A DNA stretch of 64,000 bases from an uncultured virus (IMG/VR IMGVR_UViG_3300030095_005052) (Duplodnaviria; Heunggongvirae; Uroviricota; Caudoviricetes), in the IMG/VR virus record IMGVR_UViG_3300030095_005052. One strand, written 5' to 3'. Positions 55,843-64,000 of the stretch are shown here, piece by piece (the stretch's first letter is position 1; the number at the start of each line of letters is the position of its first letter). The position numbers were made by a program, and so were the translations under genes. The notes beneath the pieces were generated by a model. The model was not told where the DNA came from, did no database searches, and was given only the letters and a program-made list of their open reading frames with translations.

Positions 55843-56426
55843 TTAAATTGCCTCAAAAAATTATGCGAGTTTACTTGCTCAACAGGCTCGACTTCGTAAG
55901 GGCAATTTTTAAGGTTACAGGGCATTGTCTGAATGTTTGGACGTCCATGTCCCTTACGACCATAAGTGCTAATACTGCACGTCTCACAACGTCCAGTGAC
56001 GTGTAAATTACGAGACATTCGCCTTATTGTTTCCCAATCCTCCTCATACATTGCTATCGACATATTTCTTAAATATGTTTTGACTAAATCAAACTTATCT
56101 AGCGTCGATAATTTCTTTGTTAGCAATCCAATCTGACTTCTGAACCTCGTCAAAAGTGTCACTGCATTTCGTTCTCGTTCCTGCATAACAGTAATGTTTG
56201 TGTTGCTCTCACTGAAATGTAAATGGTCGATAAACTCAGCTAACTTATTTTCGTCTCCGCAGATTTTATTCAGCAACCTTTTATTTTTTCTCAATAGCTT
56301 TTTAGTCGTCGACAACTCTTTTGATAGCCTTTGATTATTTAATGTTTGATCGAGCAACTTACCTTCAAGATCACGTATCTCCTTTTCGTATTCCTGCCGC
56401 ACATTATACATATAATTTTCACTCAA
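55839..56426 (-). CDS. Coiled-coil/Zn-finger protein (B)
   Basis: CETC...MPCNLKNCP. Confidence 0.65.
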   Translation of the reverse strand: MSENYMYNVRQEYEKEIRDLEGKLLDQTLNNQRLSKELSTTKKLLRKNKRLLNKICGDENKLAEFIDHLHFSESNTNITVMQERERNAVTLLTRFRSQIGLLTKKLSTLDKFDLVKTYLRNMSIAMYEEDWETIRRMSRNLHVTGRCETCSISTYGRKGHGRPNIQTMPCNLKNCPYEVEPVEQVNSHNFLRQFK

Positions 56427-56995
56427 AACGGAATCTCCTGATCTTTTAATTTTCCTTTAACCTCGGATAACTTACTGCCAGGCATTTCATCTTTGCAGTA
56501 CGCCAGAACTCGAAACTTATTTTCAAATGCCTCGACACATCGTGCCGCCTCATCCAAACAATACGTCTTAATTCCTTCACCCTCTGGACTCGTTGCAAAC
56601 TGATAGGCATCTTCCCACGTCTCAAACAAACAATACGCAATACCGTCCGTCCTCCAGCTTGCCAGTGGATTAGGGTCGAGTGGCTTGTGACCTTGCCTCT
56701 CTGCTTCCCGATCCAAAGCCGCCCAAGCCTTGACCATACTCGCTGAGTGCTTTTCAACCGCAAATTCATCATCATTATCAATAGCACGATCTAATTTTGC
56801 CGCTGTAATACCAAACTTCTGAGCCATCGCAGTACCGACTAGTTTTGGTAGACGATCTATCCCCCACTTCATCTCCATCTTCCGAGCAATTTCATCTGCT
56901 GGACGAAGTGAATAATACTTCGCCATCTTTTCGATGACACTGACATCTTGCGGGTTCGTTAATCGATCAGGTTTTATCATTTTACGATATTTCAT
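56423..56995 (-). CDS. Conserved hypothetical protein downstream of the primase-helicase
   Basis: MEMKWGIDRLPKLV...EIPF. Confidence 0.7.
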   Translation of the reverse strand: MKYRKMIKPDRLTNPQDVSVIEKMAKYYSLRPADEIARKMEMKWGIDRLPKLVGTAMAQKFGITAAKLDRAIDNDDEFAVEKHSASMVKAWAALDREAERQGHKPLDPNPLASWRTDGIAYCLFETWEDAYQFATSPEGEGIKTYCLDEAARCVEAFENKFRVLAYCKDEMPGSKLSEVKGKLKDQEIPF

Positions 56996-57059
56996 CTCAC
57001 CATCTCCCTACTTAAAAAATCGTTCTCCCGTGTTCTCCCGTGGCTAAAAACATAAGCAC

Positions 57060-57187
57060 ATTTGCGCCAGTTGTGCGCCAGTCTGAATCTGGCGCGCCAG
57101 TGTATGTTTTTACTTAGGGAGAAAAGTAGACTGGCGCAGACATTTTGCGCCATTCGTGCGCCAGTTGAAAAACGAGACTGGCGCAAC
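57060..57187. repeat. Cluster of direct and inverted TGCGCCAGT motifs, putative ori of B
   Basis: About 8 GCGCCA(G) copies on both strands just after the primase-helicase stop. Confidence 0.65.
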
Positions 57188-57197
57188 TTATTTCTGC

Positions 57198-59372
57198 CTA
57201 ATTTGGCAGTAATTTTAAGTCGACTTCGACGCATTTTCTTGTCTTCCTTTGCTTCTCATCTAAATATGTATCCTCAAAAAGTACACCCGTATCGAGCCAC
57301 GTTTTTACGATCTGTTTTGCTTCATTTTCACTCTTATCGACCATCTCGGTGATAAGATTTCCAACCCATCTTTTGCCTGATTGTTTTTGAGCAGACCACT
57401 TCCCGCCCTCATATAAATGCTTGTCAATCGCCAACAAAATATCTCGTGCTTTATCCGGTGTAATGTCGTCAAAAGCATCTGGAGGCGACCAGGGTGCCAC
57501 GACGCCAACACTGTCACCGTCTCCAATTGCCGCATTGCCAATATTAATAGAATGCCGTTGAAGCCAATAAGCTCCTGCGCTGGGTGGTGACATGTTAGCC
57601 TTGGCGTCATCGAGCCGGATAAACCAGTGTCTGCGCTCCATTTTAATGCCAAATAAGTCGGCTTCCTTTTCATTCATTACAGTAATCGTTCGTGCGCTTC
57701 TAACGGCTCCTGAGAGGCTTGAGGCACCTCTTGCTTGGTTTATGTCCCCCGCCATTTGATTGTTTGCTTGCGGTGGCTTTCTGACGTGATGCACGAGGTC
57801 AATGGCACAACCGGTATCGTGTGCAATTTGAGCAAATGTCGTCAAAACATCGTCGATTTGTTTGTTATTATTTTCATCCGCATAATGCGCTTTTACAAAC
57901 GGATCAATAGACAAGACTTTTATGTTATTCTTGAGGATTGCCTCGGTGAGTTGCTCCGCGTGTGGCGTCGCAATAACCGCGTCATTAATTTTATCTGCAA
58001 TAATAAGTTTTTGATCCCGCCCACTATTTAAAAATAAAGTACCAATTAGTTTTTCTTGAGGTATTTGGAAGTGCTTTTGTATGGCGATAACACGCCGTAA
58101 TAGCTCGTCCTGCGGGTCTTCTAAGTTGTAGTGCCAGACGTTGCATTGCTTGTGAACAGTGTCGTGTGTAAGCTGTCTGCCCGTAGCAATGGCTATCGCA
58201 TCAGTTAATGCAACAGTGGTTTTGCCGACGCCCCCAGGGGAGATTGTTGTCGCAACATAATTCTCAATTAAATGTCTACCGTATATAAATTGCCTCGTTG
58301 GTAAATTCGCAACATTTAAAGCATTAGCATCGATTTTAAACGCCGTAATATCGCCCGTATGTTTTTCCTCAAGGTGCGTCTTGATCCCTTCCTCAGTTGG
58401 CTCTGGGTAGTCGTACTTGCGACGTGCGCCCGCAATAGCAACGCCGACCTCTCTATCTGTGTCATATTGATTGTATCCTTCTTGAGTAAAATTTCTTGCC
58501 ATGACCAAGATTTCAGCATTGGTCTTACCAGTGGCGACCCAATGAGCGACAACTTTAATCATCTTATTATGCCACTCATCGCCGCCGGACATAATGTCCC
58601 TGGCTATTTGATCTATTTCTAAATTTTGGTACACGGGGAGATTCAGTCCGGCAGGAGGGGAACCGTCCTCAATCGCCCCGTGATCAGCTTTCGGTTGGCA
58701 CTCAAATGCCGCTGGAAAGCTGTTATACAATTTGACCGCGTCGACAGGCTCACGGTGTTGACGTGGCGGCACAAACTTTACCAATTCTTGAGTGTACCCT
58801 TTTTTAATCTTACCCTGACTTGGGTAGCTGACAGTCCCTGCAAGTCGCATAATGCGCCTCGGATCAATCACCTTATCGCTGTCAAACTTATTGACCATTC
58901 CGGTCTGTATATCGGCCCACGCTTTAAAATTTTCTAACGGGTGTTCCCGCTCCCAGTACGCGTGTAATCTAGGCTCCGGCGTGCGGCCTGTTAATACGAC
59001 AAAATTTTGCTTGATCGGGGCTTCCGTCTTTAATTTATCTGTAGAGTATTTTGTGTCGTGATCTGAAAAATTGAAATACGCACATAAGACGTCTTGATCT
59101 GTCGCGGCAGTGCCGGAGAAAATATCACCACGTCTTGGGTTCACTCCAACGTAAACATTCTTTCCGTCGATATTTTGCTTTTTTGCATACTCAACTGCGT
59201 CGTCACGGTTAGTAACTTTAAAGTATTGCCATTGCCACCGACCACCATCAACGCCACTGTCAATTTGAATTAAGGCGTCTGGATAATCTGCTTCACATCT
59301 CGAAAATAATTTATCGAGGTGGAGACGAATATCTGATTCGTTAGGTGTTAAGTTTTGGGGCATGGCATCCAT
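57198..59372 (-). CDS. Primase (RepB/AEP-like) fused to an AAA_25 helicase
   Basis: NVYVGVNPR, HAYW, RIMRLAGT; SPGGVGKT, IDP, VHHVRK, ARGASSL. Confidence 0.88.
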   Translation of the reverse strand: MDAMPQNLTPNESDIRLHLDKLFSRCEADYPDALIQIDSGVDGGRWQWQYFKVTNRDDAVEYAKKQNIDGKNVYVGVNPRRGDIFSGTAATDQDVLCAYFNFSDHDTKYSTDKLKTEAPIKQNFVVLTGRTPEPRLHAYWEREHPLENFKAWADIQTGMVNKFDSDKVIDPRRIMRLAGTVSYPSQGKIKKGYTQELVKFVPPRQHREPVDAVKLYNSFPAAFECQPKADHGAIEDGSPPAGLNLPVYQNLEIDQIARDIMSGGDEWHNKMIKVVAHWVATGKTNAEILVMARNFTQEGYNQYDTDREVGVAIAGARRKYDYPEPTEEGIKTHLEEKHTGDITAFKIDANALNVANLPTRQFIYGRHLIENYVATTISPGGVGKTTVALTDAIAIATGRQLTHDTVHKQCNVWHYNLEDPQDELLRRVIAIQKHFQIPQEKLIGTLFLNSGRDQKLIIADKINDAVIATPHAEQLTEAILKNNIKVLSIDPFVKAHYADENNNKQIDDVLTTFAQIAHDTGCAIDLVHHVRKPPQANNQMAGDINQARGASSLSGAVRSARTITVMNEKEADLFGIKMERRHWFIRLDDAKANMSPPSAGAYWLQRHSINIGNAAIGDGDSVGVVAPWSPPDAFDDITPDKARDILLAIDKHLYEGGKWSAQKQSGKRWVGNLITEMVDKSENEAKQIVKTWLDTGVLFEDTYLDEKQRKTRKCVEVDLKLLPN

Positions 59373-59376
59373 AATT

Positions 59377-59402
59377 AAAAGGGAGAGGTGTTACCCCCTC
59401 CC
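59377..59402 (-). terminator. Hairpin with a U tract immediately upstream of the primase start
   Basis: GGGAGGGG-GTAACA-CCTCTCCC-TTTT. Confidence 0.55.
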
Positions 59403-59409
59403 GACTTAG

Positions 59410-59985
59410 TTAATCCCAGTCTTCGACTGCATCGTCGCTTGATGCTTTCGCAGGGGCTGGTGCAGGGGCTGGTGTAGCGGTAAGTTCATCGAACTCCTTT
59501 GGACGGTCACCCCACTTGGTAATCTTTAACTCCGGCGCATAATTCGTGCCGTGTTTGGAATCAACGGGGTTAACTTTCACGCACTCAACCAAAGGTAACT
59601 TCCCAGCTTTTCCTTCGTCACTTTTTAGATACTCATCATAAAGAGTATTCATCTCATTATTGACGGCTCCGGCAGTTGACGAAAATTCTCTCAACCCGCC
59701 AATTTTTGGGCTGAAGACATTGAGTAAAAATCCGCGCTTAAAGTTACCTTCACCGACGGCGTCACCCGCACCGACTTCAGTATCAAATATTTTCTCTGGA
59801 GCTTGCCCAGCTTCAAACTTAAAAATACCAGTTTGAATGTTTTTAAAATCAAAATACGCCTTAAACTTTTCGATCTCATACTCGTCGCCACTATCGTCTT
59901 TTGTATACCAGCGACCAGCTTTTGCATTGTACTTACAATAAGTGACAAAATCTCCGCCGCCACCAGTTGGTAATCCTAATCCCAT
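59410..59985 (-). CDS. Probable phage ssDNA-binding protein
   Basis: Beta-rich core, Pro/Ala linker, acidic-aromatic tail; sits between the exonuclease and the primase. Confidence 0.55.
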   Translation of the reverse strand: MGLGLPTGGGGDFVTYCKYNAKAGRWYTKDDSGDEYEIEKFKAYFDFKNIQTGIFKFEAGQAPEKIFDTEVGAGDAVGEGNFKRGFLLNVFSPKIGGLREFSSTAGAVNNEMNTLYDEYLKSDEGKAGKLPLVECVKVNPVDSKHGTNYAPELKITKWGDRPKEFDELTATPAPAPAPAKASSDDAVEDWD

Positions 59986-60045
59986 TTCTATTTCCTCTTC
60001 ACTACTTACAAATTAGTCCGCACTTAACCCAGCGAACCTTTGGGG

Positions 60046-60795
60046 TTAATAACCAAAAATTTCTTTTGCTTTGGCTCTGAAAGCCGCACCACTAAAATAA
60101 AACATGTCGTAATCAGGAATGACCGCGTCTGCGGCTTCCTCTTTTGTTTCAAACTTGTCTAAAAATCTTTCTAACCGCATGGCAATTTGGCGAATTTCTT
60201 CTAAACTTTTTTTCGCCTCATCGGGTTCCAAAGTATAAATCGCGTGTTTTTTGGGTGAGGCATATAAAATGTCAATCGAGTGATTTGACTTTGCGTGCTG
60301 ATAAACAGCCATTTGCCTTTTGTGCGGCGCAGACATTTTGCCAGGGATAGCCTTAGTTGTTTTCAAATCAACGACTTTGCCATCATCATCAAAAGTAAAA
60401 TCGGTAAAACCCAGGATCGGCACTGGTACACCGTCTAAATTAATGACAACCTTTTCTTGATAGCCAGTTGGCTCGGCATAATTTTTTAGCCCTTCAAGTG
60501 TCTGCTCAATAAAACCTGGGAACTCATCGAGATGTTTTTTTCTTTGGTCTTGAGGAAAGCCCATCGCCGTCGTGCTGTTGAATTTTTTGGTTGCTTCTTC
60601 TAAAGCATCTAAAAACTCATCTTCTAAACAACTTTGAACACCATGCTCGACACAAATCCCCCGCGCCGCATTTAATCCGGCAATTTCATAAATTTTAAAA
60701 AGGTAGCTTAAAATCCAAGCACCAAGACAGCCCTGCGCTTTATTTAAACTTGAGGGGCTAAGATGTTTTATTCCAAATCGTTCAAAACTATTCAT
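60046..60795 (-). CDS. PD-(D/E)XK exonuclease
   Basis: HLSPSSLN, GFTD, VDLKTT, QMAVY. Confidence 0.8.
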   Translation of the reverse strand: MNSFERFGIKHLSPSSLNKAQGCLGAWILSYLFKIYEIAGLNAARGICVEHGVQSCLEDEFLDALEEATKKFNSTTAMGFPQDQRKKHLDEFPGFIEQTLEGLKNYAEPTGYQEKVVINLDGVPVPILGFTDFTFDDDGKVVDLKTTKAIPGKMSAPHKRQMAVYQHAKSNHSIDILYASPKKHAIYTLEPDEAKKSLEEIRQIAMRLERFLDKFETKEEAADAVIPDYDMFYFSGAAFRAKAKEIFGY

Positions 60796-61240
60796 TATCT
60801 CGCCCCCATTGTGCAATTAGAACGGCCTCGGCCCTACCGTCATCTTTGGCGCGTTTAAAGTCATCTGCATTTTTTGGAAATAATCTCGTTGCGAGTTGGC
60901 GGCTTGCTGACTTATCCCGACCTAATGAAAAATGTCTTTTCCATTTTGATGGTGTCACTAAGCTGTACGGAATTTCTAAAGTTGCTAATACACCTTTAAT
61001 AACCCCGTAGCCCTGCCCAAAATTAAAGGCCGACTGCTTACCCATGCCAAAAGAATTTATCGACTCTATATATGTGTGCTTTGGGGTAAACTCTTTGAAC
61101 AAATTTGCTAACGCAACGGCGTTTAATTCTTTATCAAATACGGGCATATCGTGAACTTCGACAAACGTATATTTTTCTTTCACTCCGCTATAATAAAAAC
61201 AGAGCGCGCCAGTCTTGCCTGGATCGATGCCGCAGATCAA
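60788..61240 (-). CDS. RuvC-like Holliday junction resolvase
   Basis: GIDPGKTG, IE, FNFG, DGRAEA. Confidence 0.85.
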   Translation of the reverse strand: MICGIDPGKTGALCFYYSGVKEKYTFVEVHDMPVFDKELNAVALANLFKEFTPKHTYIESINSFGMGKQSAFNFGQGYGVIKGVLATLEIPYSLVTPSKWKRHFSLGRDKSASRQLATRLFPKNADDFKRAKDDGRAEAVLIAQWGRDNE

Positions 61241-61437
61241 AGTTTTAGTCCGGCTAAAAAATCATCAGGCAAAGATACATTTTTCTCATTTGCTAATTGA
61301 GCAATCTTAGCTCTAATTTTAATATCATTTGGTATCCCGTTTTTTAACCAGTTGCTTACTCTATTTTGAGGGAAGTTCATTTCACTGGCGACAAATGTAC
61401 TGCCACCAATTTGACTTATTATTTCAAATGTGTTCAT
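61237..61437 (-). CDS. Cro-like HTH protein
   Basis: IISQIGGSTFVA...VSNWLKNGIP. Confidence 0.75.
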   Translation of the reverse strand: MNTFEIISQIGGSTFVASEMNFPQNRVSNWLKNGIPNDIKIRAKIAQLANEKNVSLPDDFLAGLKL

Positions 61438-61440
61438 ATT

Positions 61441-61502
61441 ATATCAAATTTCCTGATAAAAGTTTCCATAGGAGATAATATCAGGTAACATGATATTGTC
61501 AA
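61441..61502. promoter_or_regulatory. OR/PR-like region of B: ATATCA-N7-TGATAT operators
   Basis: Sites at 61441-61459 and 61478-61496; minus-strand TTGACA at 61497-61502. Confidence 0.7.
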
Positions 61503-61527
61503 ATTTTATTTAAAGGAACAAAAGATA

Positions 61528-62217
61528 ATGAAAAAAGAAAATAAAGTTCTGTACGAAATATTTCCTACTGAGGAAATTAAACATGATGTAAATGGAAAAA
61601 AAGTTGGGAAAGAAAATTCTCAATATTATCAAATGAATCAAAAAATGTGTGAATATTTCATGGCACGTTCAAAAATAGGGCTTTGGTCAGAGTGGCATGA
61701 AATTTCAACTAGGTACAAACTTTTAGAATTACGACAATACGAAAATCATTTTGTATATAAATTTATAAATAAGAATATTATTATGCAAAAATTTTGTTCT
61801 CTCCTTATGTCACACTGGTGGCGAGGAATGAAAAAAACTTGCCACGTTGGAGTAACCCTAAAAAATCTTGAAGATGAGGTCGGATTGTCCACGATGCCTC
61901 AAAAAAATACTTTGAACAGTTGGATTGAACGCGGTATTGAAAAAAAAATATTAGGCGTTAAAGAAAGTAAATTTGATAAAAGAGTAAATCTTTATTACCC
62001 CGAAGAAAATTTGCTTGAATTTTGGATGATGGCAAGCCGCAACGAATTTTTGTTTTATCAAAAAAACGGCATTCGCGAATTATCGGCAAAAATAAATAAG
62101 AGAATTGATGAAGATGAAAATTCAGGATTATTTGAGCTTGAAGGGTTGAAAGTTTGGGACAGATTGGAACCGAATGATGTTACAACGAGCGTCTCAGGAA
62201 AAAAATACACAGAATAA
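61528..62217 (+). CDS. MarR-like winged-helix protein upstream of the repressor (B)
   Basis: KNTLNSWIERGIEKKIL...DKRVNLYYP. Confidence 0.6.
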   Translation: MKKENKVLYEIFPTEEIKHDVNGKKVGKENSQYYQMNQKMCEYFMARSKIGLWSEWHEISTRYKLLELRQYENHFVYKFINKNIIMQKFCSLLMSHWWRGMKKTCHVGVTLKNLEDEVGLSTMPQKNTLNSWIERGIEKKILGVKESKFDKRVNLYYPEENLLEFWMMASRNEFLFYQKNGIRELSAKINKRIDEDENSGLFELEGLKVWDRLEPNDVTTSVSGKKYTE

Positions 62218-62272
62218 TTGCACTCAATAATTGCACTCAATAATTGCACTCAATAATTGCACTCAATAATTG
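62213..62272. repeat. Perfect 13-bp tandem repeat AATAATTGCACTC x4.6
   Basis: Direct reading. Confidence 0.95.
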
Positions 62273-62330
62273 ATATAGAATAATCAAGTAATTTGTATTA
62301 ACTTTTTGTTCATAACTAAGAGGGCCATTT

Positions 62331-62699
62331 ATGAACAATCAAAATTTAAATATCAATTTACTTGATACTACACACAAAGACGAGTATAACCCATTTGAGT
62401 TTTTTTACTACGAAACACACGAGGAAGAAATTTTGGCTGAAGCGAGACGACCGGTAGAGTTTGTTCAAGCAAGTGGTGAGCGGCTAAAAAAAGTGAGACA
62501 GGCGTTAGGTCTTACTCAAGTCGAGTTATGTGAAAAACTTGACGTAAAACAGAATGCCTATAGTGCTTGGGAAAATGGTAAACTTTTAATAGACCCATTT
62601 GTCGCCAGTATTTTATCTACAAAATTTGGCGTTACCCTGGACTATATCTATAACGGTGTGGAAAAAGATTTGCCGGAAGAAATACGCAAAAAGATATAG
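62331..62699 (+). CDS. XRE/HTH_3 repressor (B), no peptidase domain
   Basis: GERLKKVRQALGLTQ...; close homolog of 19937-20278. Confidence 0.85.
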   Translation: MNNQNLNINLLDTTHKDEYNPFEFFYYETHEEEILAEARRPVEFVQASGERLKKVRQALGLTQVELCEKLDVKQNAYSAWENGKLLIDPFVASILSTKFGVTLDYIYNGVEKDLPEEIRKKI

Positions 62700-62754
62700 T
62701 ATCACGCAATGTGATATTATTTAGTTGACATATCAGGTAAGCTGATATTATGAT
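62699..62754 (+). promoter_or_regulatory. OL/PL-like region of B
   Basis: Operators at 62699-62717 and 62730-62748; TTGACA-N18-TATGAT. Confidence 0.7.
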
Positions 62755-62786
62755 CTCCTTAATTTTTTCATTTAAGGAGATTTTTT

Positions 62787-63008
62787 ATGAATAGACAACA
62801 TTCAGAAATAGCGATTGAAAAATTAAATCGCATCAAACGTGAATTACGAACTGCAATGGTTCACGCCGAGGCAACCGATACCTTTATTTGCTGTGCAGAT
62901 TTAATTCGCACACTCGAAGATTCGCTTTCAGCCGTCGACGCATCAATCAGCGATCAGACAACTAATCATTTGGAAACTTTCAAAAGTCAGCCGGAGTTAG
63001 CGATATGA
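62787..63008 (+). CDS. First early gene (B)
   Basis: AAGGAG RBS. Confidence 0.65.
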   Translation: MNRQHSEIAIEKLNRIKRELRTAMVHAEATDTFICCADLIRTLEDSLSAVDASISDQTTNHLETFKSQPELAI

Positions 63009-63127
63009 TTAGAGAGATTTTTGAGACGTTAAGTTTGAAAACTTTTATCACAGAATTTTTAGGACTTTTTTGTTTGCTGGCTTCGGTTTTTATTTTCTTT
63101 TTTTGTGTCGAGCCGTTGTTTACATGA
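63005..63127 (+). CDS. 40-aa membrane peptide
   Basis: MIREIFE...FCLLASVFIFFFCVEPLFT; counterpart of 20562-20681. Confidence 0.55.
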   Translation: MIREIFETLSLKTFITEFLGLFCLLASVFIFFFCVEPLFT

Positions 63128-63291
63128 TTGATTTTCCAACGTGTCAAATGACAGATGTTCTTTTGCGAAAAAAACAATCTAAGTATTTAGAACTTATTTT
63201 GCTCGAAAAAGAACCCCGCCTAAAAACGGAAATAAGTAGCGCAATAAAAAGCATTACTTCAGAAAAAATTAAGGTAGACACTTTTGCTTGA
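63124..63291 (+). CDS. 55-aa hypothetical protein
   Basis: ATGA coupling; MIDFPTCQMTD... Confidence 0.5.
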   Translation: MIDFPTCQMTDVLLRKKQSKYLELILLEKEPRLKTEISSAIKSITSEKIKVDTFA

Positions 63292-63436
63292 ACCACAAAT
63301 TTGCGACTGGTGCGGCTCTTGGACACGTCCAGAGTTTCACCAGTCCAAATATATTTGCGGAAGATGTCGACGGCCCCTAGCTGATTGTTGCGACGGTGAG
63401 CAAGCCCAACCGGATTTGAAAGATAATAAAAATTGA
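63284..63436 (+). CDS. 50-aa Cys-rich peptide
   Basis: CDWC...HQSKYICGRC...CCDGE, same pattern as 28353-28487. Confidence 0.55.
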   Translation: MLEPQICDWCGSWTRPEFHQSKYICGRCRRPLADCCDGEQAQPDLKDNKN

Positions 63437-63579
63437 ACTGTTATTTTTGCGAGACGCCTTTGACCTGGGGTGGCGATCACGATGTTGAAGATAGTGAGGA
63501 TTACGACATGGAAACAAATTTAAGTTGCCAAGAGTGTGGCGCATTCGTCCTCGTTTATAAGGCAATGGAAAATGATTAA
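63433..63579 (+). CDS. 48-aa Zn-ribbon peptide
   Basis: NCYFC...WGGDHD...NLSCQEC. Confidence 0.6.
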   Translation: MNCYFCETPLTWGGDHDVEDSEDYDMETNLSCQECGAFVLVYKAMEND

Positions 63580-63598
63580 AAAATAAATAGGATTTAAT

Positions 63599-63859
63599 AT
63601 GACTGACAATGTAAATCACCCCCCTCATTATAATCAGGGTAATATCGAATGCCTCGATGCTATCGAATCAGCATTAACTGAAAGTGAATATATAGGGCAT
63701 TTAAAAGCAAATATTTTAAAATATATTTGGCGGCTTAATCTAAAGGGTGAGCCAATTGAAAATGCTGAAAAGGCCAATTTTTATTTATCTCGCTTAATTT
63801 ACAAACTTGGTGACGAGAATTTAATTGCTTACGTCAAAAGACGTGACGCAAATGGGTAA
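63599..63859 (+). CDS. DUF3310 protein (B)
   Basis: DNVNHPPHY...IECLDAI. Confidence 0.9.
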   Translation: MTDNVNHPPHYNQGNIECLDAIESALTESEYIGHLKANILKYIWRLNLKGEPIENAEKANFYLSRLIYKLGDENLIAYVKRRDANG

Positions 63860-64000
63860 GCACTCAGACTTCCCCAGGCGACCGCGTGATTTTTATCCGA
63901 CGCCATTTGAGGCTGTCGTTCCGCTATTAACTCATTTGGATGACCATACGCAATTTGATGAGCCGTGCGCGGGGAATGGAACGCTGATTAGCCATTTAGA
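63852..64000 (+). CDS. DNA methyltransferase, N-terminal part
   Basis: MGKHSDFPRRPRDFYPTP...EPCAGNG; homolog of 14574-15086. Confidence 0.8.
   Translation, partial: MGKHSDFPRRPRDFYPTPFEAVVPLLTHLDDHTQFDEPCAGNGTLISHL

Larger units (their letters stand above)
34290..64000. mobile_element. Second, related temperate phage genome B (partial; runs off the right edge)
   Basis: Second portal, capsid, terminase, tail, replication and immunity set, syntenic with A. Confidence 0.85.

Noticed and set aside
56992..57352. ORFs 56992-57234 (-) and 57062-57352 (+)
   Set aside because: They run through the TGCGCCAGT iteron cluster and read as translated repeats; more likely a non-coding origin.
60046..60795. 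Cas4
   Set aside because: Lacks the four-Cys Fe-S pattern; it is an ordinary phage PD-(D/E)XK exonuclease in a replication module.
62213..62272. CRISPR-like array
   Set aside because: 13-bp units are directly adjacent with no spacers, and there are no cas genes.
1..64000. Host chromosomal genes, rRNA, IS elements, introns or inteins
   Set aside because: None recognised; terminases, portals and the primase-helicase are of ordinary length and uninterrupted.

Overview
The window contains only phage sequence: two related but mosaic temperate, podovirus-type genomes in the same orientation, probably infecting a marine alphaproteobacterium (inferred from SSB and tRNA style). Genome A (1-~34,210) looks complete and circular, because bases 1-79 recur exactly at 34,211-34,289. 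It has a P22-type coat and portal, PBSX-type TerL, lambda-O-like replication, Erf/YqaJ recombination, an integrase beside a full tRNA-Val(TAC), a lysis module and three fibre/chaperone pairs. Genome B (~34,290 to beyond 64,000) uses homologous tail, ejection, immunity and late-control genes, but has a different head (DUF5309/SU10-type capsid and portal) and primase-helicase replication. A is almost free of CCGG/CCWGG while B is rich in them, which places the join at ~34.3 kb. The most interesting candidates are: (1) B's 'M(A)GLLD'-leader proteins in the head operon, one ART-like and one with a convergent immunity-like gene; (2) a GNAT-to-DDxxD enzyme swap directly upstream of the first ejection protein; (3) a dif-like site with an IHF site between terS and terL of B; (4) a two-gene immunity region with a repressor that has no protease domain. 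All family calls come from reading motifs by eye; no database searches were run.
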